Shown here piece by piece: positions 35,761 to 49,482 of a stretch of 64,000 bases of DNA (positions within the stretch are counted from its first letter, which is position 1; each line of letters begins with the position of its first letter). This DNA comes from Octopus bimaculoides (lineage: Eukaryota): the NCBI RefSeq assembly GCF_001194135.2, contig NC_068981.1, forward strand, positions 12,603,494-12,667,493. Direction: 5' to 3'. The position numbers and the translations under genes are program-made. Below the pieces are notes generated by a model that had not been told where the DNA came from, did no database searches, and was given only the letters and a program-made list of their open reading frames with translations.

Positions 35761-37424
35761 CATCTGTGTTAATGAAGTAGTATATTTCAGCATTAGTCGA
35801 ATGGCTGATACAAAATTCACTTGTATTATTTAAATAATGTAGAAATAACTGTTGTTAAATTTTTGCGAGGAACTATGTTACGCAGTATGCGTTGCTAAAA
35901 TGTGTTTATTTTTCTTATACATATGTTATTTAATGTTTATTTTATGTGCGTTTGGTTAGGCTAAATTTTCTGTTTCCATGCTTCTGTTAGAGGTTAATTT
36001 ATGCTTGAAGGCAGAAGTTTACAAAAGCATTCCAATATTTCATATAAACTGTCTATTATAAATCCTTCTGTAGCATGTCGCTCCTTCCATCTGGAAACTT
36101 ATGGAGATAGGAAACACTAACATATTTCTGTGTTTGTTTTCGTTCAACAGTTTAGTCATATAAGAAGGACGTGTCTAAAATGTATTACGTTTCAAACTCC
36201 AATGGGTTTGTCGTTCTGAATGGCAGCCAAAATGCATTAAAGAAAATCGAGAATCATTCCCGACAGACACGAATGCCCTGAACTTACGAATGAATCAGCA
36301 TTTCTTTCACAACAGCGTCATGTTTATTTCAAGCTTTCACTTTCACTATTTACTTGTGAAAATCTATTTGCTGTTTACGTATATGTGCAGGATCTAACTC
36401 CATAGTAAGAAGCATTTTTATTCATGATATTGTTTATGCTTTTCATGTAGCTTACTTCCAACTCATCTCTGTTTCGACAAACGTATATCTATTAGGAAAT
36501 GATTTGCGGAACGGATCCTTCTGTATTTATTCAGATTTTCAGATTTTCTTGTTTCAACTTTTTAATGGTAGGATGGTTCGACACATATGAGTATTGTCTG
36601 CAGTTGTACGTAGTCAATCAAAGAAGTTTGTTGTTATTATTGTTTAGCCACAGTCGACTCTGTTCGGAACGACATCGTATCAAAATCATTCTCAGCAGTA
36701 ACATGTCTGAGATGATAGAACTATATGGAAATACATTTCATCAATTACCTTTTATATGTCAGAAAATAGAGTGAAGAAGTGCCTTGGCCACTATTTCTAG
36801 AACAGACATTGACTCCTTTTCCTAGCAGCGAATTGACTAGATGTTTTGGGTGTCGGCTGCTCTGATTCTCTGCACTTCGAGATCCAATCTAATCATGGTT
36901 ATTCCTAATTTTCATCATTCCGAGGTCATTAGATAATAAATATTCTTAATGAGTAAAAAAGAAGACAAATATAACTTCGATGAAAAATAATAAAAGCACA
37001 AAGAATGGATGTTATATTTATTTGTTATATTTCAATTTTTATTGTTGCCTTTTAAACTCCTGTTCAATCGTAACACAGCTGACTTAATGATTAAAGGAAA
37101 GATGTACATCGGATTCTTTGCAATATTTGTTCCCGTTTTCTGCGTTCTGAGTCAAATTCAATATAGGTATCTGGAAAGAAAAAAAAAACACTAACATCAA
37201 TAAGCAAATACTAGCCAAAAAAAAAAAAATGGTGTTGTACAGTGCAGGGAGTTGGTTCTTGTGATAGGGTTTCGTAAACTGGTGAATATTGATAACGATA
37301 ATCTCATTCGTTGGCTTAATAGTGCAAGTAGTAACGTGCTTTATGATATATCATTTGCTACATCGTATTAACAAATTTCAACGTAAGTAGGATAATGTCT
37401 TCTAGAAACATAATTCATATAGGG

Positions 37425-37592
37425 ATCGTAGGAGTGGCCGTGTGTTAAGTAGCTTGCTTACGAACCACATGGTTCCGGGTTCAGTCCCACTGCGTGGCAC
37501 CTCGGGCAAGTGTCCTATACAAAAGCCTCGGGCCTACCAAAGTCTTGTGAGTGGATTTGGTAGACTGAAACTGAAAGAAGCCCGTCGTATAT

Positions 37593-37638
<46 letters not shown>

Positions 37639-37845
37639 ATGTATGTATATATATGTATGTGTGTGTGTGTGTGTGTATATGTTTGTGCATCTGTGTTTGT
37701 ACCCTAACATCGCTTGGCAACCGATGATGGTGCGTTTACGCCTCCGTGACTTAGCGGTTCGGCAAAAGTGACCGATACAATAAGTTCTGGGGTCGATTTG
37801 CTCGACTAAAGGCGGTGCTCCAGCATGGCCACAGTAAAAGATTAA
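37425..37845 (+). mobile_element. SINE family A
   Basis: Full head, internal (TA)/(TG) tract, 3' domain. Confidence 0.9.
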
Positions 37846-37868
37846 AAGAAATATGACACAGATACGTA

Positions 37869-38720
37869 CGAGGTGAGTTCAGAAAGTATCCGATTTCACT
37901 TTTTCCTGGCAAAACTAATGCTGCGTAAGAAAATCTTTTGGGTGAGAGCTGATGCCATCTTTCCTGCGAGTGCGTGAACATTTTCGCGCCGGCAGACAGT
38001 GTCAGTTTCAGGCTGTTACGCCCAGTGTAAGGACGTGTAGCGTGCGATCGTAAGATCTTCGTTTTCACCGAACGCATCAAATTTTGCCAAAATCTTCGTG
38101 AGGCACAAGCTCAAACGATCCAGAAAATTCAGTTGGCCTTTGACGATGACGACATGGGAAAAACTCAAATCAAGGTGTAGTACATCTGCTTCAAATATGG
38201 CCGCAATTCAGTGGAAAGCGACGCACATTTCGGCAGACTATCTAGAAGTTGAAACGAGGAGCTGATTGAGAAAGTTCGGTGAATAACCGTGGAAGACCAT
38301 CGTGTTACAATTCAAGAAATTGCTCACAAAGTGGAAATAAGTACAGTGGGAATGAGCACAGGATTGTGCGGGCGGAATGTATCGACGAAATGTGTCCCCT
38401 AGTTTCTGGTGGAGCAGCGGAATCACCTTCGCATAGAAATCGTTCAGGACATGTTGGACTGTGCAAGCCAGGATTATGACTTCATGAAAACCATCTTATT
38501 GGTGAAGGCAAATGGGGCTATTATCTCTGCCCGAGGTATTCGGTCATCTTCTGTGAAAAAAAAAATCCTTCGAGGGTCTACAACACGTCTGTACTCTAAG
38601 CATAGTAGCCGGGACATGTCGCAGCCTACCGGCAAAAACATACTGTGATAGTTTTTGAACAAACCCCATAGATTTTCATTAGCTTTAATATCGGTGGTTG
38701 TAAAATGACTAAGAGACGAA
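37869..38720 (+). mobile_element. Mariner transposon remnant, 3'-truncated
   Basis: TA|CGAGGTGAGTTCAGAAAGT TIR; translation ..IQEIAHKVEIS, EQRNHLRIEIVQDML..DFMKTI; no right TIR seen. Confidence 0.8.
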
Positions 38721-40425
38721 TTCATTTTATAAATTAAAAGGGAAGTCTTTTCATTTCCCCGATTAAATTATTCATTTCACGCAACTCTTCTGAAATATTT
38801 TGATTCTTATTTCTAATCGTATAACTCAAAGTACACAGTGAACTAAATCATGGCTGTCTAAATAAAAAGAATTATTGCTGTTGATAGGATTCGATATATG
38901 AAAAATAACAAATAACTTCGTTATCAACAGCTTAGGACGATGAACGGAAATTGTTGAAACCAAAGCATTTACAAAAACACGCACAGTGCAACCTTCAAAA
39001 TAGAGCAATGTTACGTCCACTGTATGAGTAATATAGTTAACTAAAAACGGCAACATTTATTCAATACTAGACGTCTAAATATCCGATGCCAAAAGTCACG
39101 CGAGACTGACGTGACATACGCATATGTATGCAACTCCTGTCATTCTTGATACACGAAAGAAAGTGAGTTAACAATTCGATCGTACACAACAACATATTAC
39201 TTAACATAATATTTTAATGCATAGCATAAAAAGAATATATCTGAGTTTATTTTAAAAAGTTATCCATTGTTAAAGTAATTCTCAAATAGTAGCCACACTC
39301 TTACTCGCCCCAAAATTAATATAAACATCTTCAAATTGGTGAACCGAGTATATATCGAAATCACGCGGTTTGCTACATTTGTAAATGTCTTAGATTATAT
39401 GCAGAATAAGATCTTTCTTCTCATCGGTAAATATTCACACACTAACAAGCGCAGATTCTTCACTCGCTTTTAGATTCTCGCTATCTCTGCTGTATCACAC
39501 CTTGCAGAACCTGTTTTACATAAATTGCTTATTCCGTTGCTGCCAAATCTCAAGAGCTTTTATATTGCATATAAAAACAGATGCTGATGAAGCTATTTAA
39601 TAAAGATCGTAAACTTAGATAAATTGAGATGCCGTGGGGAGACGTGCGAAACAGTTTTACTTTTATATGATTTTAACTTGGAACTTAAGTTACAGGGAAT
39701 TGCAAATATTATTTCACATTTGAATTAGAGAGTGCATTGGCTTTTACTTTTAAATATAAAAAAAAATGTTTAGAAATCCATTCACTAACAGGAAGGGTAA
39801 TGCTATATCTCAGCATTTATGCCTCAATCATAGTTACCATCAAGGCAACAGAAAACAAAATTTATTAGTAATAGCATCCGTCGGGTATATCGAATATCAG
39901 CGCGTTTCCTATGAGTGGCATACAAACATATAGATACCCACATACACACAGAAATGCAAACACGTGCACCAGACTTTAACAGAAAATCATGCAATACCAT
40001 ATAATCACATTCATTGTCTAGGTACTAGCTAGGGTGGTACATTGGCGGATTCGTTTGAGCGTCGGGAAAAAGTACTTGAGCTGAAATACCGCTGAGACTA
40101 GCTTTGTATTTCGTCTTCTCCTGGTCGATGAGAGAAAGTACAAGTTGTGTTCAAGCAAAAATATCCTTTATCTTCACCTCCCTCAAAGCGGATGGATCTG
40201 TGACTAAATATAAAGCAGTTATTCAGCAAATGTTTACGCATTAGAAGCATTTCACTGCTTACGTCATAGCACATCCCATGTCGGGAAATACAAAATTATA
40301 CATAGCCCACCACACATAAAACTACATATGTTCACCCAGGCACTCGCACGAAAATACACTCGCGCGCACGTGATTGTGCACGCGCATAAGTGACGAGATA
40401 TACATAAACAAAAACTTCGCACGTA

Positions 40426-40645
40426 AGGCGGCGAGCTGGCAGAAACGTTAGCACGACCGGCGAAATGCTTAATGGTATTTCGTCTGCCATTACGTTTTGA
40501 GTTCAAATTACACCGAAGTCGACTTTGCCTTTCATCCTTCCGGGGTCGATAAATTAAGTACCAGTTTCGCACTGGGGTCGATATAATCGACTTAATGCTC
40601 TTGTTTGTCCCCTCTATGTTTAGCCCCGTGTGAGCAATAAAGAAA
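40426..40645 (+). mobile_element. SINE family B
   Basis: Near-consensus head and core. Confidence 0.9.
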
Positions 40646-40741
40646 CAAACACGCGCGAATAAAATCATTTAAGTACTTGATTAGCACACGTAGAGTTTCG
40701 TTGCTACAGGGGTCAGTTTAGAGCCTTACGGTTTATCTTAA

Positions 40742-41026
40742 CGCTGGTTCTCAACAAGTTTCTTCCTATGGGCCCTTTTCATTATTATTTCACTCTCCTG
40801 GACTCACATAACCATTCGATTTTTGAAAAAGTTCTACTATTATAAAAATATAATAAATTTTTTAAAATTACGTATTACTATCAATTGCATAGAAAATTAA
40901 AATATTCTTGTATTTTAGAAATATGACCAAGCTATTACGCACAAATTTCCACGAGAAAATTTTATACGGACCACGAAGTGTCAAATGGAACTGCAAGGGT
41001 CCGACAGACTCCGTTGAGAGCGACTG
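40742..41026. mobile_element. hAT-like MITE, degenerate
   Basis: Ends cgctggttctcaac and gttgagagcgactg; TSD not recognisable. Confidence 0.55.
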
Positions 41027-41652
41027 AGTTAATGAATAGAATGCTGATTAGCGAAATATGCCTACCTTTAAAAGGAGACACGTGCATATGTTCGTATATA
41101 TACAGATATTTACACATATAAATACATACACACATACATATATATGTACATATATCTATTATGTGTTTACAAATATATGAACATTTACAGAGACACACAC
41201 GCACACACACATATACATACATTCATAAACAAGTTTGTATGTGTGTATACCAATATGCTTCTATAAGTCAATTTTTCTCCCAGTCAAAATTGCCTCCAAG
41301 TATTCTCTTCACTTCCGATCACATTGTCGTGCTATACTTCCTGTTTTCTCTGTCGTTCTTTCTCTCTCTGTGCCTTTTCTCCCTCTCTGCCTCCCTCTGT
41401 CTCTGTCTCTTTGTCTGTTTGTTCCTCTCTCTCTCATCCCGTTGATGTATCGATCTATTTTCTGTGTTTCTTTTCCGTTTACGACACTATCTTACCTATT
41501 TATTATATATCTAATTAATCTACCTCACTGGTAGTACTTCAATTTTCTTCCCGACCTATATACAAAGATACCAAATTTAAGCAATTTTAAAACGTGACTC
41601 AAAAAGTAAAGCAGCGACGAAAGGAATTTTTATACCCTTCTATACATACATG

Positions 41653-41716
<64 letters not shown>

Positions 41717-44166
41717 ATTAAAAGAAAAACCATTATAAATAGTGGTCTTAATTATATACATATATTTTATGTTGGGAAATTGGAATTAGTTTTGCTAAAT
41801 TGAATTTTTCGCTGTAAATTTGGATTTTATTCCCTAAAATTATATATACATATATATATATATATACATACATACATACATNNNNNNNNNNNNNNNNNNN
41901 NNNNNNNNNNNNNNNNNNNNNNNNNNNNNNNNNNNNNNNNNNNNNNNNNNNNNNNNNNNNNNNNNNNNNNNNNNNNNNNNNNNNNNNNNNNNNNNNNNNN
42001 NNNNNNNNNNNNNNATATATATATATATATACAGAGAGAAAGAGATAGAGATAGAGAGACAGGCATATGCACACTGAAATATGCATTTATTTCTCTGTGT
42101 GTGTGTACACGTATATATGTATGTATGCGTATGTCTCTATGGAAGCATGCATGCATTTATGCGTATCCGTATGTATATAACTCTGTTTTCACTGGAAATT
42201 ATACGTGATATGATACATATTTAATATTCAATGATAAATTTTCCCTTTCGTTCAGAAGGTATCTCTTCATACAAGCATGTTAAAACATCTTCCATACTAG
42301 CAAAGATTACATGCCTAGGGAAATAAATATAGGTTTATGATCTGAAAGAGTACATGTCCAAAACACCCGTGAACGGATGCCATATCAAACAAATAGATTC
42401 CGATTGATTTTTCTTCAGATAATCAGTTGAATCTGAATTACAAGTATGGAATATTTATATCGATTGATGAAAGATATTTCAATGGTTTTTGGCGTTGCTC
42501 TCCCTCAGGCCAATCTTGATTCAAAAGACCTTTGATGAAAGCGTTTCCAGCAGTGACCGTCCCATCATTTAAAGGTAACTAGGAATACATTATTCAATAT
42601 GTGTTTTCATTTTAAAAGATGGTAGGGTTTGGTTTGAGGAAGATTTGGCTACTATTACTAACTGATTCGTCAAGCATACCTTTGAAATTTGTTATTCTTT
42701 ATTCAAATAAATGAACGATGTTTCTGAGATGCACAAATATTAAAGTAGTTGGGATTGCTTGTATTTTTTAACAAACAAATGTAGTTTTCCTTCCTCTCTA
42801 TAAAAATTTTGGGATGAATCCAAAACTAATAATATGTTAGATAAAATATCAAATATAATTTGGCACAAAAATCATTTATAGATGCTGTAACTGCGGTACA
42901 CCGCTCTTTAATAAACACAAGCATATAATGAAAAACTAAAATATACTGTCGGTTTATTTTTGCCTACATATATCAAAGATATTGTTTGCATAAATATATT
43001 GAATAGATCTAATCTATAATAATTTACTATCAATATCAGACGTTTGGATCAAATTTATGCTTTATAAATGCTGTTTCTAAGATAACCTGACATCTGAATT
43101 ACGTAGTGATAGAGAAACGGGGAGATGGCTGAATGCATGTGCGCAAATAAATGCTATTAAGATAAAAATGATGTAATGAATCTATAATTAGCAACCATTC
43201 AATATTACCACATAAAATAGTGCTAATTCGTGATGTATTTTCTATATTTACTTCGTTTCTGCTGTAAGGTCATCAGCTATGAATATTATATTTTCAGAAT
43301 TTTAGTGAGGAAAGAATCGGATGCTTGTATTTTGAATGCTTTTGAACGGGATTGAGTTTGGTATAAACAAGAACAAAAACCAATGTCTATATCACCAATC
43401 TTTCGCTTCCCCTTTAGCTCACATCTCTAAGTGCGAATTCTTTAAAACTTATGCTAAGAAAATTTTCAGTAAATACGGCCATATACAGATCAGTCTTATC
43501 ATCTCACAAATTGCACACGCACATAAATGCAATCGTTCTTCTCCCTCAATCTTTTTCTATAACTTTCACTTTTTTTCTTTTTTTTATCAATACATGCGTA
43601 TCTCGATGATAATTAGTATGTGTTATTCTATGCCTCTTCATAAGTGTGTGTGTGTGTAGTTTCCATTATCCTACCATTAGTATATTGTGAGAAATATTAT
43701 TTAAAACATTATTATTCCAACAAATGAACGACACAGATTATCAACATAAGGTCAAAAAGCTTTTATAAATGATGTTGTCATGGATTCGAAATTTGAAAGA
43801 GAAATCCGATGGGTATTGAAAATTATAAAGTCACTTGTATCATAACATGTGGTATGTCGCTATGTTTACCGTACCTTTTACACATTTGAAGACAGTTCCG
43901 GAATTTTTAATGCACTAACTTTCTAATGTGTTATTACTGCTTATAACTATTTGTTGAAACAGTTTTAGAATCCTCAGAATCCTATTGATTTACGGTGTCT
44001 TTTGTATCTACTTGCAAATGTTGAGTAAATCAATGATACTACTCAGCTTACATTTTGGAGCGATAAACGATCTTCCACCCGAGGCCATAAAAGCGAGAAC
44101 AGGGAACAATCCCAATGTATTATTGTTTTAACTTTCAATAGCGTACTTGCAGAATGTCATCTATAC

Positions 44167-44468
44167 CAGTGATTCTCAAAGTGGTGGTCCGCGGACCGGT
44201 GCCTGTCCGTGAGACATCACTGCCGGTACGCAGCGAGTTTCCAGAAAAGGAAAAAAAAAATTATAAACTGCTTATAAAATGCCTATGTAATATCGTATTA
44301 TTTGTTTACAAAATAAATGAGATAAAAGAAAATTGTCAACTTTTATTATATTCATCATATATATTGATTCCGGTATAAATTAATATTACTAAGAAATATT
44401 ACCGGTCCCTGACACGTTGGAAAAAAAAAACTGCTGGGACTCCAAATCAGACGGTTTGAGAAGCACTG
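44167..44468. mobile_element. hAT (Charlie-like) MITE
   Basis: TIRs CAGTGATTCTCAAA and TTTGAGAAGCACTG with gtccgcggacc subterminal motif; TSD only partly matches. Confidence 0.75.
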
Positions 44469-44542
44469 ATCACGCCTACACATCACGCCTTTATGTAAAA
44501 TTCAGGTCTAGTCTGAGAAGTATAGCATCATTAGCTACAACT

Positions 44543-44740
44543 CGGGCAGAAAGCTGGCAGAATCGTTAGAACGCTGAGGAAAACGCTTAGCGGCATTTCT
44601 TCGGTTCTGAGTTCAAATTTCGCTGATGTCGATTTTGCCTTTCGGTGTCGATGAAATACCAACTAGTCGAGCACTGGGATCGATATAATCGACATATCCC
44701 TGCCCCGAACTTGCTGGCCCTTCACTACAATTTGAAACAA
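44543..44740 (+). mobile_element. SINE family B
   Basis: Head, B-box gagttcaaatt and core. Confidence 0.8.
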
Positions 44741-45821
44741 TTGTTAACTATAACCGCGAGTTATATGGAACCTGGAGCAAATTGAAAATGAAAGGTGAAT
44801 GGTTAGGAATGTGAATTCGCAAAACATATATATGGCTTGTCAGTATAATCTTCTGCTAAAATTCAACTACAGCTAATAAAACGTTCAATACATTATCAGT
44901 AGCACAAAGCTGACTTACAGTGTCATGTAGTGCGCTCTTGAAATACGCATGGCAACCATAAACAACGTTCTGCAGTTCTCATAAAATACAGCCCTCTATT
45001 CTGTAGATTTACATTTCATTGTGGCTGAAATCGTATTTCATTCCGTCAGATTTGATAAAATGGTTCCACTCCTACAAATTTGTAGATTTTCATAGATGCA
45101 GGAAACATTATTTGTTCTGCAAGAGAAAAAATGAAAAAAAGAAATTACGTCGTTCACGTGGCTTGAAACAAGTTCTTTTCTATTAGAATGACATTATTGC
45201 AAGAGAATGGTAGGAGAAAAGAATTAAAGAAATGGCTAACTTTCATTGACAACAATTTATATTGTCAGACACTCAATAAAACAATAAAAATCAAATCTTG
45301 TTTTATATGATTCACTAAATGACGACTACCACAATAAATGCTTTCTCAGATCAGTAGAACACGACACATTTCTCGAGAATGGCCTCGGTACATGTCTGAT
45401 ATTGATTTTATTAACCCCTGAAGAGAAGCAACATAAAAGACTTCCCGAAGAGAATAGTAATACAAGAAGAATATTAAAATTATATGAAATTTCGTGTGAC
45501 ATTTATACTAGTGCGTTTGAGATATTAGCTGTACTACTTCAAATCATTAAGTCACACAACTCACATGTCTATATACAGTTATATACTTGCATATTCAGTC
45601 GCACATCAACACACATAAACACAAACACAAATATATACGCATACATGTACAGACATATTTATATGAGTGTATATATGTATGTATGTATGTTTTGTATGAA
45701 AATGTACGGATGGTGTGAATGTGGTACTCATAATTCAAGAAAGGTCACCTTACTTGGGAAATTACTACTGCTAGCCATTTAATGAACAATAGATATATGT
45801 AAAACATTACCGATATTAACG

Positions 45822-45864
<43 letters not shown>

Positions 45865-45935
45865 TATGTGTTTGTGTGTGTTTGTGTGTGTTTGTGTGTG
45901 TCTGTATGTCCACGTAGACATGCAAATGTACGCAG

Positions 45936-45968
<33 letters not shown>

Positions 45969-46958
45969 AATGTATATGTGTATGTGATTGAGTATGTGTA
46001 TACAGTTACAAATAGTCAATTTATAGGCACCAGTAATAGGTTGTATTTTATTTTGTCACCACTTAAAATGGAAGTCAATGGTATTTTTGGCGGGATTTGA
46101 ACCCAGAATATATGTAACTTGAATAATTACTGCAGTTTATTTTTTTTACGACGCTTTCAATCTGGTCCAAATTTATTATTTCTCTTAATCTGCATACACC
46201 CATATATGTATAAATTATATACGTGTGTATGTTTTTGTATAGATATTTCAAAGAGGCACAACAAATATGAAGAGAAAGATGAAAAGAAATAGCGTGATGG
46301 ATGAAATAACTGCTATTTAAAAATGACGTTTGTTTCAATGACTACTCTCTGCCGATAAATGTGTGCTGCTGCCGATGTTAGTTGATAGATGGAAAAAGTC
46401 AGTGAAGCGCTGAAAAGAATACCGTGTAGAATTTAATTACTTTTGTTTGCGTTCTGTTACAATACATTTGAGGTCGTGTATGACCTTCTTCGGTAAGGAT
46501 CGGAGGATAAGAATCGAAAATATACCCACATTACCTTCAGAAATCGTAGTTCTGTGACAAATATGTGGTCGTTGAGGAAACCGAAGTCTATGATGTTTTG
46601 CCGCTCAGTTAAAATTCATTTACTATAATAGCTACCTCACGATATTCAAGTACTCGGAATATTTGTAACTCCTCTTTTGAAATTCGGATGATCTAAATTG
46701 TTTCAAATATTGGGAAACAATTAGAGGGAAGTATTAAATAATGGAAAAAAAAAAAAAAAAATTTGCATTCTCTAGTGTAAACCATTGTATTCAAGCCGTT
46801 TTCTTTGTTCGTATTGAGAGCAACATATATGTTCTGATGCTGTTGGATATAGACAGATTGATTAAGGAATAGCACATCGTAAAACAGATAAGTGTATTAA
46901 TTACATGTAGATAATAAGTCAATGAATGTCTAGTAAGAATGAAATTTATTTAGACAAA

Positions 46959-47369
46959 GGCGCAGGAGTGGCTGTGTGGTAATAAGCTTTCTTAACAACC
47001 ACATAGTTCCGGGTTCAGTCCCACTGCGTGGCACCCTGGGCAAGTGTCTTCTACTATAGCCTCGGGCCGACCAAACCTTGTGAGTGGATTTGGTAGACGG
47101 AAACTGAAAGAAGCCCGTCGTATATATGTATATACATATGTGTGTGTGTGTGTGTGTGTATGTGTTTGTCCCTCTCCCCATCATCGCTTGACAACCAATG
47201 CTGGTGTGTTTATATCCCCGCAACTTAGCGGTTCGACAAAAGAGACCGATACAATAAGTACTAGGCTTACAAAGAATAAGTCATGGGGTCGATTTGCTCG
47301 ACTAAAGGCGGTGCTCCAGCATGGCCGCAGTCAAATGACTGAAACAAGTAAAAGAGTAAAAGAGTAAAC
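46959..47369 (+). mobile_element. SINE family A, near-consensus full-length copy
   Basis: ggcgcaggagtggctgtgtggtaa head, ggttcagtccc B-box-like motif, (gtaaaaga)n tail. Confidence 0.95.
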
Positions 47370-47761
47370 ATCATGCATTTAATGAATGGAAATATTACGA
47401 AATCTCTCAACTTGATATATAACGAACCAGCATGGAACATCATAGTTTTCACATGACCTCCAAGAAATAGGATCCTAATCTCTCTCAAATTCCACTATCT
47501 CCTCTTAGTAAGGAAATATGAGTAGATAATATGATCCCAAAACGCAATTTAAAAGGCTTCATGGCAGTGAGTGGTATTAGTTGAAAGGTAGGATTACTCG
47601 AACAAAGTTAACCCAACGATAAATAACAACTCCAAAAAAAAAAAAAAAAAACCTTCGAGTAATCAATTAACCGTAAATTCTCTTCAGTGCAGAGTGTAAG
47701 GTGCTTAATGGAATGCTGGCAAGAAAGTCATCAGAGGTCGTAAACTGATTAGCAAACTTAC

Positions 47762-47832
47762 ACGTCAGTTTTAACCTCCACCGGTGTTTTGATAACCAGG
47801 TTGTCTTGAACAACGGCGGATAGTTTGGAATC
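47762..47832 (-). CDS. Candidate exon DSKLSAVVQDNLVIKTPVEVKTD(V) (phase 0 to 2); a second frame is also open
   Basis: Acceptor ttttcttccattttgtcatggtgaatag|, donor ACGT|gtaagt. Confidence 0.3.
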
Positions 47833-49249
47833 CTATTCACCATGACAAAATGGAAGAAAATATTTTCAGTTTACCCGGTTTCACTTGGTACGAGAATATG
47901 GAGATGTAGAAGGGGTGTCTAAATTAATACCCATGTAGTATGCTACTATAGAAATTATAACCCTCTGATGTGCACTAGATATATATATATATCATAATAG
48001 GGTATACTCTTCTCCAATTCACCGTGGCGTTGGAACTGTCAGTTACATGAGGCTATTCAGAGATAATGCTTACTGGAACACCACAACTAACGGTACATAA
48101 TTTTATGGACGTTCCATTGTCATGACAGATATAATGGAAAAACAAATCACTTTTATAGCTATTCCAGAAATAGCTATAGATTACATACCAAGGCCAAAAA
48201 GTAGCATGGTCATATTTTCATTCATAATGTAGTGGGAGTATAAGAAGTATCGCTTACGTACTAAAGACAGCATTTGCCATTCTAGACAAATAAAAATATT
48301 GATATTATATGAACAGTACCGTTAAGGGCTGCCAAGTGGATTATTGAGATCAAATGTAGAAAATAACGCTATTGACAAGTGTTTAGAAAAGAAAACTGAG
48401 ATGCTTTTATCAATATAGAATTTTTTGAAGGTTACTATGGTAACTCTAAGTGAATGTGTTATCATCAGAAAAGTAGAGTAAATGCACAATGTATTATCAA
48501 GGTTCCACGTGAGTGATTCTGCTTCGCGCTAGTAATCAAGGATGTAAAACTCCTGCTGAATTCAATGTCGCTGACAGGAAGTTTAAATTAGCAGTCATAC
48601 GCTGGTATGTGATGCTCAGACTTCAGCTCATTTGGCAGAAAGGAAATGGTAGACGCAAGTGTCTGATAAGATAAAAGTGGAAACTTGATAGAAATGTTAA
48701 ATGTGAGGTTGTACATACCGGCCGGACTGCAACATGGTGGAGGCGGAGGGGATGCAGATCCACTGACAGAATAATAAATACAAGTGAGATATTGCGACTA
48801 GATGAATCTATATTAAATGTGCGTCTGAAGCAGAAATATCCGGAGGTGAATGTACAAAGTTAGTATAAAAGAACAAAGTCAACTTATAATGTACTGTGTT
48901 GCGGAATATGGAGTCAAACTAGGTGTGACTCACTCTGGGAGCGGTGTACAGGGCAATTTCTTTCGTTGTCATTATTATACATTGCGGTTTGATTGACGTT
49001 GTTAATTGACTTCAGTTTATGAATCGTTGGAACACATTTAAGACATACTCTTCCAATTATGATAATGTCGAGATGGTGCAATTAGATTTAATGATGCAAT
49101 TATTACTAAGTCATATTGCAATATAGTGAGACGACACTTTCATTTAAGAGACAGTTGCTCTAACATTTCATTTGACAGCAATCTGCAGCGAACATTTGAA
49201 AAGAAAGGTCTAAAACATCAAAAACTGATGAACCGTGTACGATACTTAA

Positions 49250-49482
49250 ATATTTCTTTATTGCCCACATAGGGCTAAACATAGTGAGGGCAATCAAGGA
49301 CAGAGGAAGGAATTAAGTCGATTACATCGACCCCAGTGCGTAACTGGTACTTATTTAATCGACCGCCAAAGGATGAAAGGCAAAGTCGACCTCGGCGGAA
49401 TTTGAACTCAAAACGTAACGGCAGACGAAATATCGCTAAGCATTTCGCCCGGCGTGCTAACGATTCTGCCAGCTCGCCACCC
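49250..49482 (-). mobile_element. SINE family B
   Basis: Near-consensus reverse complement. Confidence 0.9.

Noticed and set aside
42420-46490. Plus-strand mini-exon candidates near 42420, 43290, 44050, 45355 and 46470
   Set aside because: Individually plausible sites, but very short, with no consistent phase chain or recognisable product.
46527-46600. Minus-strand NIIDFGF resembling a kinase DFG motif
   Set aside because: In-frame stop just upstream, no good acceptor, and no other kinase motifs.
47762-47832. TPVEVKTDV resembling the Cys-loop receptor beta-1 strand (chemotactile receptor idea)
   Set aside because: No preceding Y...RP motif and no Cys-loop or TM exons were found.
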